From a bacterium (lineage in GTDB: Bacteria; Omnitrophota; Gorgyraeia; Zapsychrales; Zapsychraceae), in the NCBI GenBank assembly GCA_030429765.1, contig JAUIER010000018.1, positions 9,663 through 73,662 on the forward strand: a stretch of DNA of 64,000 nucleotides, given 5' to 3'. Position 1 is the stretch's first letter, and the number at the start of each line of letters is the position of its first letter. The notes under the pieces were generated by a model. The model was not told where the DNA came from. It did not search any database and saw nothing but the letters and a program-made list of their open reading frames with translations. Below, one piece after another: positions 19,472 through 29,122 of this stretch. Both the position numbers and the translations under genes were made by a program.

Positions 19472-19592
19472 AACGGCCTCCTTTGTGGGTTGTCTGTTGC
19501 TCCACTACTAGAGTAACAAACTGGAGAGAAACTTCAACGCCTGACATTGACTTACACATCATGTATATCAATGTAAGTGTTTTGAAAATACC

Positions 19593-20543
19593 CTAAAGTG
19601 ATTGGAGATAAGTGGTTAGGTTAATATCCTTGCTGACCAACCCTAATTTTTTTCGGATTCGGTTGCGATGCGTCTCGACGGTCTTAAAAGAGATGTTCAG
19701 CATGCCGACGATTTCCTTACTGGAAACGCCGTTCTTGATCAGGTTCGCGATCTCCACCTCGCGTGGAGACAACTTGAAGTGATCTTCCGATACCCGAATT
19801 CCGAACGAAGAGGTTAAATCCTTAAGGTTCTGTTCCAGGATATCGATGTACTTTTTATCGAGCTTGGTCCCTTTACGGCGCATCTTTTTGAGGGCCGGAA
19901 TGAGAACTTCTTCCACATTCATCACCACCCCTTCCTTAATGCGGGCCTTCTCGATCTCGATCTGCTCGAGGATTTCACGCAGGGCCATGTTCTTCTGCTC
20001 GATCGCCTGCTCGTTCTTTTTGCGCTCCGTAATGTCGCGTTGGATCGCGACGTAGTGGGTGAGTTCGCCTTTATCGTCAAGGATCGGTTCGATGTGCCAT
20101 TCGTTCCAGAATTCGGAGCCATCCTTCCTATAATTGATGGCCTGTCCGAAAAAAACTTCCTGCGCGTCCAATGTCCGGCGCAGTCGATGCAGCACCGACT
20201 GGTCCGTGTTAGGCCCCTGCAGGATCTTGGGCGTTTTTCCCAGCACCTCCTCGGGCTGATACCCCGTCATCCGTGTAAACCCCGGATTCACGTACAGGAT
20301 CTGCGGACCTGGAGGATCCAGCTCTCGGGTCGTGATGATGATAGAGTCCTGTGAAAAGTGCACGACGGAACTGAGCAGCTCATCTGGAATGTCGAATTTT
20401 TGATTGTATTCGTTCATGTTGACGATGTCATCGGCGATTCGGATCACATTTACCTCCATTTTACGTGGCTTGTCAGCCATTGACAAGCAGTTTTGCTGAT
20501 TTGGCGACGCGGGATGCCGCTTGAGGTCGACACCCCGCGTCAT
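19593..20543 (-). CDS. PAS-domain LuxR-family transcriptional regulator
   Basis: PAS core (YVNPGFTRMTGYQPEEVLGK...YRKDGSEFWNEWHIEPILD) plus C-terminal LuxR HTH (LSPREVEIANLIKNGVSSKEIVGMLNISFKTVETHRNRIRKKLG). Confidence 0.75.
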   Translation of the reverse strand: MTRGVDLKRHPASPNQQNCLSMADKPRKMEVNVIRIADDIVNMNEYNQKFDIPDELLSSVVHFSQDSIIITTRELDPPGPQILYVNPGFTRMTGYQPEEVLGKTPKILQGPNTDQSVLHRLRRTLDAQEVFFGQAINYRKDGSEFWNEWHIEPILDDKGELTHYVAIQRDITERKKNEQAIEQKNMALREILEQIEIEKARIKEGVVMNVEEVLIPALKKMRRKGTKLDKKYIDILEQNLKDLTSSFGIRVSEDHFKLSPREVEIANLIKNGVSSKEIVGMLNISFKTVETHRNRIRKKLGLVSKDINLTTYLQSL

Positions 20544-20589
20544 GCTTCACGGCAGACCCTTACCCTAATCCACCGCTTAGCCCAATCTG

Positions 20590-21096
20590 TTACGGCAATA
20601 TAACCGAGTCAATCACATGGATAATGCCGTTTGATGTCTCAATGTCGGTTTTGACGACATTGGCTCCGTCAATCTTGACGCCGGCCGCATCGGCCTGAAT
20701 ATTCACATTCTTACCATTGACTGTCTTCGCCAATTCGAGTTTGAACACATCACTGGCGGCCACCCGGCCGGGTACCACGTGATAGGTCAAGATCGAGATG
20801 AGCTTGTCCTTGTTTTCCGGTTTGAGCAGGTCAGCGACTGTTCCTTCCGGCAGTTTGGCAAATGCTTCGTCGGTCGGGGCGAATACCGTAAAAGGTCCGT
20901 CGCCTTGCAGGGTTGACACGAGGTCCGCCGCCTGAAGCGCCGCGACCAGTGTTTCAAACGACCCGGCGGCTACGGCTGTCTGGACGATATCCGGCTGCGC
21001 CTTGATGTACCCTTTATTGTAGCTGGCAAAACCGGTTGAGACTGTCAGCCCGACAATCCCCATGATGCTGAGCGCTGTTAAGATCTGTTTTTTCAT
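20590..21096 (-). CDS. Fasciclin (FAS1) domain protein, secreted
   Basis: Start trimmed to MKKQILTAL, which has an AAGGAGAAG ribosome-binding site. FAS1 motifs [11 protein letters not shown] and [10 protein letters not shown]. Confidence 0.8.
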   Translation of the reverse strand: MKKQILTALSIMGIVGLTVSTGFASYNKGYIKAQPDIVQTAVAAGSFETLVAALQAADLVSTLQGDGPFTVFAPTDEAFAKLPEGTVADLLKPENKDKLISILTYHVVPGRVAASDVFKLELAKTVNGKNVNIQADAAGVKIDGANVVKTDIETSNGIIHVIDSVILP

Positions 21097-21396
21097 TGGA
21101 CTTCTCCTTTGTGAACTTTGGTGAACTTGATTGGATAACAATGCGTTTACTTTCATTGACCCAATCATAGCGCCATTTGAGATTCCCACAACACAGAATG
21201 AAACCCCATATATCATGTATGACCATTTACATGCATAACCACCAAACTGATTTACCCTTAAAAAGTCCCTTTAGAGGCGATATAGACCACTTTATAAATT
21301 CTAAACCCATTGATTGATGACCATTTTTGTCACTCAATCGGATCATAATGCAGACTTCACTGACATGCATGAAGGGGTCAGTGATGCCATCCATCC

Positions 21397-21434
21397 AAAA
21401 AAAAATCCCCCGCCAACACGCGTTGACAGGGGAC
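21397..21434 (-). terminator. Rho-independent terminator downstream of the pirin gene
   Basis: On the minus strand, CCCCTGTCAAC...GTTGGCGGGGG hairpin followed by A/T9 (plus-strand aaaaaaaaatcccccgcc...caggggac). Confidence 0.55.
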
Positions 21435-21449
21435 TTTCAACCTCGATAT

Positions 21450-22163
21450 CTACTTGAGATCAAACCGCAGCACCCGGCTGGGCTCCAGCGCCTGAGCGCG
21501 GTGATTGCCAGCGCCCTCCAGTGCGATAGCATCCCCATCCTTAAGGACTTGCCCCGCCATCTCAATCGAACCGCTGACGACATGCATCCATAGGCCCCGT
21601 CCGTTCTCTATAGGCACGTTGATCGGATCATCCGCCGCGAATCTTCCATCGTAGAGACGCGCGTCCTGGTGGATTCGAAGGCTTTGATGCGCGCCGTCCG
21701 GCGACGCGACAAGCCGCCACCCCTGGTCCGCCGGAAGTGCATCCAAATCTACTTCCTGGTAGGATGGCTCGTACCCCGCCTTGTCCGGAACGATCCAGAT
21801 CTGATAGAAGTGCACCGGTTCTTTGTCAGAATGATTGAACTCGCTGTGTGTAATCCCGGTTCCGGCACTGATCCGTTGCGCTTGCCCGGCCCGAATCACT
21901 GAACCATTCCCCATGCTGTCCTGATGCTCCAACGCTCCTTTCGTGACGATCGATATAATCTCCATGTCCTGATGCGGATGCGCGCCGAATCCACGCCCCG
22001 GCGCCACGGTATCATCATTGATCACGCGAAGAGACCGGTATCCCATGTGCGCGGGATCATAGTAACCCGCGAATGAAAAAGTATGATAGGAGTTAAGCCA
22101 TCCATGATCGGCATGTCCGCGTTCATGTCCGCGACGGACGTTTGTCTTGACTTGATTTTGCAT
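21450..22163 (-). CDS. Pirin-family protein (quercetin 2,3-dioxygenase-like)
   Basis: Start trimmed to MQNQVK with an AGGAGG ribosome-binding site. Cupin metal ligands HPHQDMEI and bicupin pirin pattern. Confidence 0.8.
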   Translation of the reverse strand: MQNQVKTNVRRGHERGHADHGWLNSYHTFSFAGYYDPAHMGYRSLRVINDDTVAPGRGFGAHPHQDMEIISIVTKGALEHQDSMGNGSVIRAGQAQRISAGTGITHSEFNHSDKEPVHFYQIWIVPDKAGYEPSYQEVDLDALPADQGWRLVASPDGAHQSLRIHQDARLYDGRFAADDPINVPIENGRGLWMHVVSGSIEMAGQVLKDGDAIALEGAGNHRAQALEPSRVLRFDLK

Positions 22164-22294
22164 TGTGTACCTCCTGATTCGATATGTACCGTCCTGTGTC
22201 TCATCGTGCTGCAGCACACTTAATCCTTTACTTCGCTTCCAAGCTTAGCTAGAATGGTTACTATTGTCAACCAGTTTACTTTTTGTAACCTACT

Positions 22295-22627
22295 ATGAAA
22301 TCAAAAACACCTCAAAAAAATCAATGTCCGAAGGCCTGCCCGATTGAACGCGGAATGCAGATCATCGGCGGTAAATGGAAAGGCTCCATCCTCTGGCAGC
22401 TCAAGGACGGTCCGCTGCGCTTTAATGAACTGACGCGCCGGCTCGACGGCGCCAGTAAGAAAGTGGTCACCGAACGCCTGCGGGAAATGGAAGAACTTGG
22501 TCTGATCAAGCGCCGGGTGGAAAGCACCAAGCCCATCGCCGTCAGCTATGCGATCACACGCTTCGGCCGCTCAGCGATGGGTGTATTGGAAAAGCTGCGT
22601 GACTGGACAGTGAGATACAAACTCTAG
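22295..22627 (+). CDS. HxlR-family winged-helix transcriptional regulator
   Basis: CPIERGMQIIGGKWKGSILWQLKDGPLRFNEL signature. Divergent from the pirin gene. Confidence 0.8.
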   Translation: MKSKTPQKNQCPKACPIERGMQIIGGKWKGSILWQLKDGPLRFNELTRRLDGASKKVVTERLREMEELGLIKRRVESTKPIAVSYAITRFGRSAMGVLEKLRDWTVRYKL

Positions 22628-22839
22628 ACCGCCGGTTCGTCATTGCGAATTTCGGGGACGGTCCCGCGGTGTTTGGTGAGATAACGTGATAGCAGCTGTA
22701 CCAGCATCACGGCACACATCAGCATAGACAGCGTGATCAGTTTGGTGGCGATGGGTGTTGTGGTAAAGAAAAAAATGAAGATCGCGAACGCGATGAAAGA
22801 TACAAGTAGTCCCCACATAAAATTCCTTTCGTTAGGCAT
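22624..22839 (-). CDS. Small two-TM membrane protein, hypothetical
   Basis: 71 aa with two hydrophobic helices. Confidence 0.3.
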   Translation of the reverse strand: MPNERNFMWGLLVSFIAFAIFIFFFTTTPIATKLITLSMLMCAVMLVQLLSRYLTKHRGTVPEIRNDEPAV

Positions 22840-22975
22840 TAATCGAATTACTCCGCTATTGATACCCTTATTCTATCCTGACCGGCCGAATCTGACTATC
22901 GGCCACGGCTGAGAAGTGTGTGGGAAATGTCTGACATCCGAAAAATACTGAAAGTGCTAATGGGATGTTCAGCGA

Positions 22976-23359
22976 CTATATGAAGAAGAATCGGGTAAGT
23001 GAGACGCCTAGAGCAAAAATATAAGCATTCCAAAAACTGGACCAAAGGTAGATCTTGTCAATAGGATGATCTCTTCGACCATGCAAAGCAACAAATATCT
23101 TTCCTAGGACTATCGGCCCCAGAATAACGTTTATAAACCGAATGGTTGGATCGTCTATAAGGTGCTCTCGAAAAACAAACAAACTAGTTATGCCCACAAT
23201 GACTCCAAAGAATGCGCTAAGCGAAAACGCAAAGCCTTCCGGATTTTTTCTACGGTCAAATTTCAGCCACTCGAAGGGCAATTCTGCCAACCCCTGAAAG
23301 AATAGCTCACCAATGAACTTTAGGAGTACCTCGAGTATAAATTCCATAGAGACGGCCAA
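22976..23359 (-). CDS. Membrane protein, hypothetical (AT-rich gene)
   Basis: 127 aa, about three TM helices. Noticeably AT-rich compared with its flanks. Confidence 0.45.
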   Translation of the reverse strand: MAVSMEFILEVLLKFIGELFFQGLAELPFEWLKFDRRKNPEGFAFSLSAFFGVIVGITSLFVFREHLIDDPTIRFINVILGPIVLGKIFVALHGRRDHPIDKIYLWSSFWNAYIFALGVSLTRFFFI

Positions 23360-23387
23360 TTACTTTGTTTTGCCCTCGGATCGACTT

Positions 23388-24815
23388 TTATGCTTCATGA
23401 GTTGAAACGGTTGCATTTCTGTCTAGAACCTTCATCCGTAGATTCTTTGTACGGTGGATATACCCATAAAGAATACGAAACGCGTCGAGATCAAATTTGT
23501 AATCCAGCTCAAACAGCGGACGGCGGTCGTCGCCTTCATAGCGAAACGCGTCCTGCACGATCCAATGGTCAATGATGATCACCTCACCCCGATGGCCGTC
23601 GGCATCCCCCTCATTGATCAGGATCGGCCCGTCAAACGGCCATTGCAGCCGCTGATGCTTGACAATCGCCTCTTTTAAACGCAGATTGTACTGCAGCGCC
23701 GGTTCATGACCGTCGCAGGCCCCGCGGCACTGTTTGATCTGATAATAAAAACAGCTCGAACTATGCTTTTTCTCGACACCAACCAGCGTCTTACATAGCT
23801 GATAGTCCTTGGCAATGCCTTCAAGAAAACGATGCGCGTCTTTGCGTGTCTTGAAAATCGTCAGCATATCCGGTAAGTCTTCGATCGTGATCGATTTGTA
23901 TAATTCAGTGTACAATCGATGATAGTCGCCGGATGTATCGATCTTGAGCGCCGTCAATTGCCAGGTACGCCGCGAGCGGCGGTTATACAGCGGCAGATCT
24001 CGCTTGATGTAATACGATTCCAACAGCAACGCGGCCAGTTCCCCCACCGTCTCGGTGACATCGATCGTGCGCACCTGCTGGGCCATACGCATCTCTTTGT
24101 CCGATCGCAGGGTTTGCGTGAAATGCGACAGCACCCGTGAACGCAAATCCTTGGCCTTGCCGATGTAGATCGGCGCGCCGTGTTCGTCCCGATAAAAATA
24201 CACACCCGGCCGTTCCGGGATATCGTCCAGCGGCGTCTTGAGATTCGGCGGCAGCGACGGTCGCTTGAGCTGTTTGGCAATGGCTTTATCCTGAAGTTCA
24301 GGATCCACACGTGCCACGATGTATTCAAAAAATTCCCATACCGCGCGCGCGTCATCCATCGCCCGGTGACGGTTCTCAACGGATATATGGCAGCGCTCCA
24401 TGATGCTCGACAGATTGTGTTTGGTGTGTTCCTTGAACAGCATGCGTGACAAGCGGACACTGCACAGCACGCGTGACGAAAACGTCTCGCCGAGGCGCTC
24501 AAATTCATGACGGATAAAACTGTAATCAAAGCGCGCGTTATGCGCGACAAAGATCGATCCGTCACAAAACTCACGGATCTCATCCTTGATTGATTCAAAA
24601 CACGGCTGCCCCTCGACCATGGCATCGGTGATGCCCGTCAGACGCGTGATCATCGGCGGGATCGGCTCCTGCGGATCAATCAGCTGATTGAACGTGTCGA
24701 TCACCTCACCGTCACGGACCTTCAGCATCCCGATCTCCGTAATGCGATGCCGCGACGCACTGCATCCCGTGGTTTCAATATCGACGATGACGAGGGGGAG
24801 GTTGTTTAGGGGCAT
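23388..24815 (-). CDS. DnaQ/epsilon-like 3'-5' exonuclease fused to GIY-YIG (Cho/UvrC-N-like) nuclease domain
   Basis: Exo I motif VIVDIETTG and Exo III HRAMDDARAV in the N-terminal half. GIY-YIG core GVYFYRDEHGAPIYIGKAKDLRSRVLSH in the second half. Confidence 0.8.
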   Translation of the reverse strand: MPLNNLPLVIVDIETTGCSASRHRITEIGMLKVRDGEVIDTFNQLIDPQEPIPPMITRLTGITDAMVEGQPCFESIKDEIREFCDGSIFVAHNARFDYSFIRHEFERLGETFSSRVLCSVRLSRMLFKEHTKHNLSSIMERCHISVENRHRAMDDARAVWEFFEYIVARVDPELQDKAIAKQLKRPSLPPNLKTPLDDIPERPGVYFYRDEHGAPIYIGKAKDLRSRVLSHFTQTLRSDKEMRMAQQVRTIDVTETVGELAALLLESYYIKRDLPLYNRRSRRTWQLTALKIDTSGDYHRLYTELYKSITIEDLPDMLTIFKTRKDAHRFLEGIAKDYQLCKTLVGVEKKHSSSCFYYQIKQCRGACDGHEPALQYNLRLKEAIVKHQRLQWPFDGPILINEGDADGHRGEVIIIDHWIVQDAFRYEGDDRRPLFELDYKFDLDAFRILYGYIHRTKNLRMKVLDRNATVSTHEA

Positions 24816-24817
24816 AG

Positions 24818-25510
24818 TTATTCAAATAGTCCTGACGCGTACTCTTTCATTAAAAACTCTAGATCAAAATTAACGGCATACCAAGTCGATGCATCTTCAT
24901 CATGACCTTCGACCGAATGATTTTCTAAACTTAACGCACAGATATGATTCAGACACAATTTTTCACCTTTTTGCAAACTTGGAATACGGGTAATAAGCTT
25001 GTTTTCTTCATAAGCGGTAAACAATAGCTCTTTGGAAGATTTCCCGTATTCCTGCATGAATCGCTGCGGCATAAACCGGTTTAATTCCGCCCGGCGATAC
25101 ATCTCATCACCGCCTTCCGTACCAATATGCATAGTCCTGTTCTCATCTGAGATGGCTAGAGCATCCAATCCTTGCCCCGAATCGGGACCAACCTCCAATT
25201 GGCCATTATCCTCAAAGCCAAAATGAATCGTGAACTGTTCATCCTCGGCATCTACTTTCTCCAAAAAGAAAAGCCAACCTTTGGATGATTCTATGCTCAT
25301 CTCATCCCCTAGCCATTCTCGCTTTATCTGAAATTCTAAAATTCGAACGAGATGGGATTGGGTTCGGTAAACTGATAAATCAGACTGTTCCGTTGCCACT
25401 AGACGGAATGGACCATCACTAGTGACTTCATAGTATACATTACACAAATTGTTTCTAAATTTGCTGCTGTGCAAACTAGTATTTTCCCGCATAGAACGTT
25501 GATTATACAC
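24818..25510 (-). CDS. Hypothetical cytoplasmic protein (AT-rich island)
   Basis: 230-aa ORF, stop 3 nt upstream of the nuclease start. No motifs recognised. Confidence 0.5.
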   Translation of the reverse strand: MYNQRSMRENTSLHSSKFRNNLCNVYYEVTSDGPFRLVATEQSDLSVYRTQSHLVRILEFQIKREWLGDEMSIESSKGWLFFLEKVDAEDEQFTIHFGFEDNGQLEVGPDSGQGLDALAISDENRTMHIGTEGGDEMYRRAELNRFMPQRFMQEYGKSSKELLFTAYEENKLITRIPSLQKGEKLCLNHICALSLENHSVEGHDEDASTWYAVNFDLEFLMKEYASGLFE

Positions 25511-25541
25511 GTGCTATCTATTCACATTACTCTCGAATATT

Positions 25542-26054
25542 TTACTCGCAATGTCTTAAGTGCTCACGTAAGACGAATAGTCGAATCACCAAACAATAAA
25601 TCAAATATCCTCCCGCCACCATCACCACCACCCGAAAATCGAAACCTTTGAAGCTGTATACCATAACCAAAACCAGCTGCAACAATAGGGTAAATCGAAT
25701 ATAGGCCACTATTCGAAACAGCAACTTGCCCTTAGTAAATAAACGATAACTTTTTCTGCCTTTTAGTTGAAGAATTTCCGTTTTGAATTCTTTGAGTATG
25801 AGGACGTTTATATAGCCAGCCAATATCCCCATAGGTAACGAAAACATCACTGTTCCAAGTATGCTGGGAACTACCCTCATATAAAGTACAAAAACAATTA
25901 ACAATATGAATAGACTTCGTAGAACAAAGCCTCTAGAAAAAGCTAATTGTCCATTCCATAAAAATGCATCCCGCAAAGACACTAGCCAGACACTAATTGC
26001 AGTCAATATGATTAGCAACTCATTTATATCAAAATTTCTTACTAGCTCTATCAT
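25542..26054 (-). CDS. Four-TM membrane protein, hypothetical (AT-rich island)
   Basis: 170 aa with four hydrophobic helices. Confidence 0.5.
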   Translation of the reverse strand: MIELVRNFDINELLIILTAISVWLVSLRDAFLWNGQLAFSRGFVLRSLFILLIVFVLYMRVVPSILGTVMFSLPMGILAGYINVLILKEFKTEILQLKGRKSYRLFTKGKLLFRIVAYIRFTLLLQLVLVMVYSFKGFDFRVVVMVAGGYLIYCLVIRLFVLREHLRHCE

Positions 26055-26250
26055 GCATACACCATTTTATGTAACGGGAAGGGCGAGTCATAACTAACCA
26101 CAAGCCTTACAACCACCCCGAATTCAATCACTATTATCCCAAACCAAAACACTTTTTTTGAGGGCGAAGCCTTGAAATCCTACCAAAGAGGAGGCTCCCT
26201 TTTTATCCAAACAGTAACCGCGAAACAGCTCCCGCTAGCACGGTAGAAGC

Positions 26251-27720
26251 TCATTTCTTAACAAAAAACTTATCTACCAATAGCATACCTATCACTATAA
26301 TAAAAATATTTGTGATCAATTTTGAATATTTAACCGTAATAACATTAGAAAATTTCCCAAACAGCACTAGTGCTCCGTAGATAAAAAATATCAACACAAT
26401 AAGAAGCACCAAGCCTTTTAACTTGTCGAGAAAACCAGGACTCCAAGCCTGATATAGATACTGGCCATCTAGATACTTATTTGCAACTTTCTTCAGCGTC
26501 TCTTGTGATACAGCTGTGATTTCCGACCGAACGCAAGAAATCCCACTTCCGATACTTGTTATAGGCAAATAATTTAAAAGGTGATCCGCCATAGAAATAG
26601 AATAACTGCATTCATCTGCAAAATGATTGATCCGTCTGGTTTTGAGTTTATCTAGCCTCTGACTAGAAACCCCTTGATTTCGTAATTTCTCAATGCACTC
26701 ATGAATATATTCAGCAAGCGCATCTTTATCTTTTCTGAGATGATCTACCATAATGCTAAAGAGCAAAACATCGTCATATACATGCGTCATAACGCTATAT
26801 GTATAGCCGAGACCTTGAGCTCGTATTTTCTTGAAAATCTTATCACCCAGATGTTCTTCGATTAAACCGAGAGCCACACGCTTGCCAATCTCCTCCTTGC
26901 CGATAGGTAGCCGGTAGCCAAAAAATACACCATCCTCTTTGTCATGGTAGGGAACTACTACCTTAGTAAGGTCGGGACCAGTCCACTTGGCAGGCCTATT
27001 TACAATCCCCTTTTGAGGAAGCTTAAAAAGCCAATTGGATGCTAACTTGATTACTTCCGATCGATTAAAAGATCCAACACACACAAGCGCCATATTTTCT
27101 CGAAAATAATACTGACGAAAAAAAGTTGTGATATCGTCTATGCTTATTCTGGATATTGAATCCGGATCACCAAATCCCGTTTCAGAAAAGGCATATGGCC
27201 CGAGAACTTCCCGCTGTAATTCTGCCCACTGAAATTCACTTTCTCTGGTAAAAAACTCACTGAGAATTATTTCGCGTTCTATTTCGAGCTTCGACATCGT
27301 TAAAGGCGGATCAGAAAAAGTCATTTCCATCATTTGAAACCACCCAGTGATTTGGTCAGCCTGCATATCTACATGAAAAACGGTTCGATCATGCAAAGTA
27401 TAAGCGTTCAGAATTCCACTACGTTCCACGATTTGTTCAAAGAATTCCACTTTCTCGTCTTTTGTGTAATCAGCCAGAAGATGTTCTAGGCAATGAGCTA
27501 CACCCATTTTATGGACTTCCTCATACTGATATCCCGCACCTACAACCAAACGACAGGATAGTTTATTGTGATCATCCATTGGCTTAAGGTATAACGTTAA
27601 ACCATTTTCGAGCTTTAAAACTTCTAAATCTGAAACTAACATATTTTTCCCATTTATTCGGAGCCAAAGGTCTAAGTACATCCCCGCAATTTCTTTCCGA
27701 AATTGCTGACTATTTAGCAC
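26251..27720 (-). CDS. M16-family zinc peptidase (pitrilysin/insulinase-like) with C-terminal double-TM anchor
   Basis: Inverted zinc motif HCLEH (GVAHCLEHLLADYT). Length fits an M16B half (active plus inactive domains), then two C-terminal TM helices (LVLLIVLIFFIYGALVLFG, IFIIVIGMLLV). Confidence 0.75.
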   Translation of the reverse strand: MLNSQQFRKEIAGMYLDLWLRINGKNMLVSDLEVLKLENGLTLYLKPMDDHNKLSCRLVVGAGYQYEEVHKMGVAHCLEHLLADYTKDEKVEFFEQIVERSGILNAYTLHDRTVFHVDMQADQITGWFQMMEMTFSDPPLTMSKLEIEREIILSEFFTRESEFQWAELQREVLGPYAFSETGFGDPDSISRISIDDITTFFRQYYFRENMALVCVGSFNRSEVIKLASNWLFKLPQKGIVNRPAKWTGPDLTKVVVPYHDKEDGVFFGYRLPIGKEEIGKRVALGLIEEHLGDKIFKKIRAQGLGYTYSVMTHVYDDVLLFSIMVDHLRKDKDALAEYIHECIEKLRNQGVSSQRLDKLKTRRINHFADECSYSISMADHLLNYLPITSIGSGISCVRSEITAVSQETLKKVANKYLDGQYLYQAWSPGFLDKLKGLVLLIVLIFFIYGALVLFGKFSNVITVKYSKLITNIFIIVIGMLLVDKFFVKK

Positions 27721-27798
27721 AGCCCTTCAAAATGAATATATTTATTAGCCTTCTTTACAATTTTTCATTTACGGCTGACATCCGGAAACTAATTCCGT

Positions 27799-28350
27799 TT
27801 ATTTAACAATAAACTCAACAGTATTGGAATCAAGCTCACCTTTCCAAGCTTTTCTAACTTTTTTGATGTCTCTCCATGATTTAATTTCCCTGTCGTAAAC
27901 TGGATACATGACAAATTCCTTCTGGAAGTCTCTACGAACAATAAATCTCGCTTGGAGTGTATATTTTCCATCATTAATGGCATAATATTCTTTTAGATTG
28001 AGAGTTTTCCCCACCAGCCCCCCAATAGGCAGTAAGAACAAATCGTCCTCAGATTCAACTAAATCGTACAAAACTCCAGTAAATGGAACAACCTGATTAT
28101 TTGAGTCGACTATTCTGAAATTAATGTAATAGTACGGCGGCACAAAAAGTACGGGTACTAAAATAGGATCACTGCCTGTATTCCTAAGCACAACTGTGAT
28201 ATTTACATCCTCACCTTTTTCATACAAAGGCTGGTGTTCTAGAATTTCAAGAGTTAGATTCTCGGCAAAGCAAAACTTACTAAATATAGGAGAATACAAA
28301 ATAAAGATAGAAGCAACTAAAATATACAGCCTATTGAATGCTCTGTTCAT
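27799..28350 (-). CDS. Secreted hypothetical protein (183 aa)
   Basis: Signal peptide LYILVASIFILYSPIFSKFCFA. AT-rich. No motif recognised. Confidence 0.55.
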   Translation of the reverse strand: MNRAFNRLYILVASIFILYSPIFSKFCFAENLTLEILEHQPLYEKGEDVNITVVLRNTGSDPILVPVLFVPPYYYINFRIVDSNNQVVPFTGVLYDLVESEDDLFLLPIGGLVGKTLNLKEYYAINDGKYTLQARFIVRRDFQKEFVMYPVYDREIKSWRDIKKVRKAWKGELDSNTVEFIVK

Positions 28351-28396
28351 ATGCTTCTCATGGTTTTATATATTCCATATTCTGCCGGCAAATATT

Positions 28397-28978
28397 CTAA
28401 CCCCTCCCCCTAAACGCCCTATACCGCTCATCAAACGCCGCGCGCATTTGTTCGAATTGTTCTTTAGTCCCCAGTAAATCCTGCGACAGGCTGAGTTTTC
28501 CGTCGTCGTGAAGGATCTGCAGAAACCGCTGCTCGGCCACGCGGACAAAGAGTTGTTTAAAGCTGTAGCTTTCCAGTTTAACATCCTGGATACTCGAGAA
28601 CATAACCGTGACCGGTTCGCCGAACATCCCGCCTTTGGGAGCGGTGATGCATTGATCGGTGATCTCGATCTGCTGTTGGGATGTCAACGCCTTGATGATC
28701 ATCATGATCCCGACAACCGCCATCAGTCCAAATCCCGCGACACAAGCCAGCAGGACCCACGAACTCTGTTCGGCATTCAGCGGGAGGACCCGGAACAATG
28801 TGATCTCCCGCGATTTACCGAAAGATAATACGTAGGCGATGACCGCCAGCACCGCCCCTACCATAAACACAAAGATGGACGGCTTCAGCCCCGGCTTATA
28901 AGGAAATGTAACCGTCTGCAGCATTGAAAACTTCTTGTTGTACCCAAAGGGGACAGCCCCAGTTTGCCGGGTCAACAT
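28397..28978 (-). CDS. Two-TM membrane protein, hypothetical
   Basis: 193 aa with two central TM helices and a charged C-terminal domain. Confidence 0.5.
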   Translation of the reverse strand: MLTRQTGAVPFGYNKKFSMLQTVTFPYKPGLKPSIFVFMVGAVLAVIAYVLSFGKSREITLFRVLPLNAEQSSWVLLACVAGFGLMAVVGIMMIIKALTSQQQIEITDQCITAPKGGMFGEPVTVMFSSIQDVKLESYSFKQLFVRVAEQRFLQILHDDGKLSLSQDLLGTKEQFEQMRAAFDERYRAFRGRG

Positions 28979-29054
28979 AAGCGGTCAAACTGGGACAGGT
29001 CCAACCACTAATTCGCTGAATTACGACTTAAATTATTACCCTGCTTGACTTTGG

Positions 29055-29075
29055 GGAGTTCTGACACTAATTTTT
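29055..29075. repeat. Solo copy of the 22-bp MITE-like terminal repeat (GGAGTTCTGACACTAATTTTT)
   Basis: Matches the terminal inverted repeat (TIR) of the three full elements at 19 of 21 positions. I see no partner TIR within 200 bp. Confidence 0.45.
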
Positions 29076-29122
29076 CTAGTATGCACTATATCTGAGATAA
29101 AGCATTCTGAACATGTATGCTT

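Noticed and set aside
19472-19592. Imperfect inverted repeat (cttacacat...atgtaagtg) in the spacer upstream of the CHI-like gene.
   Set aside because: It is short and imperfect and could be a weak terminator or operator. It does not meet the standard of the other palindromes reported.
21327-21593. 88-aa plus-strand ORF in the fasciclin-pirin spacer.
   Set aside because: It overlaps the pirin terminator hairpin and coding region, has no RBS and low-complexity composition. It is more likely non-coding promoter and terminator DNA.
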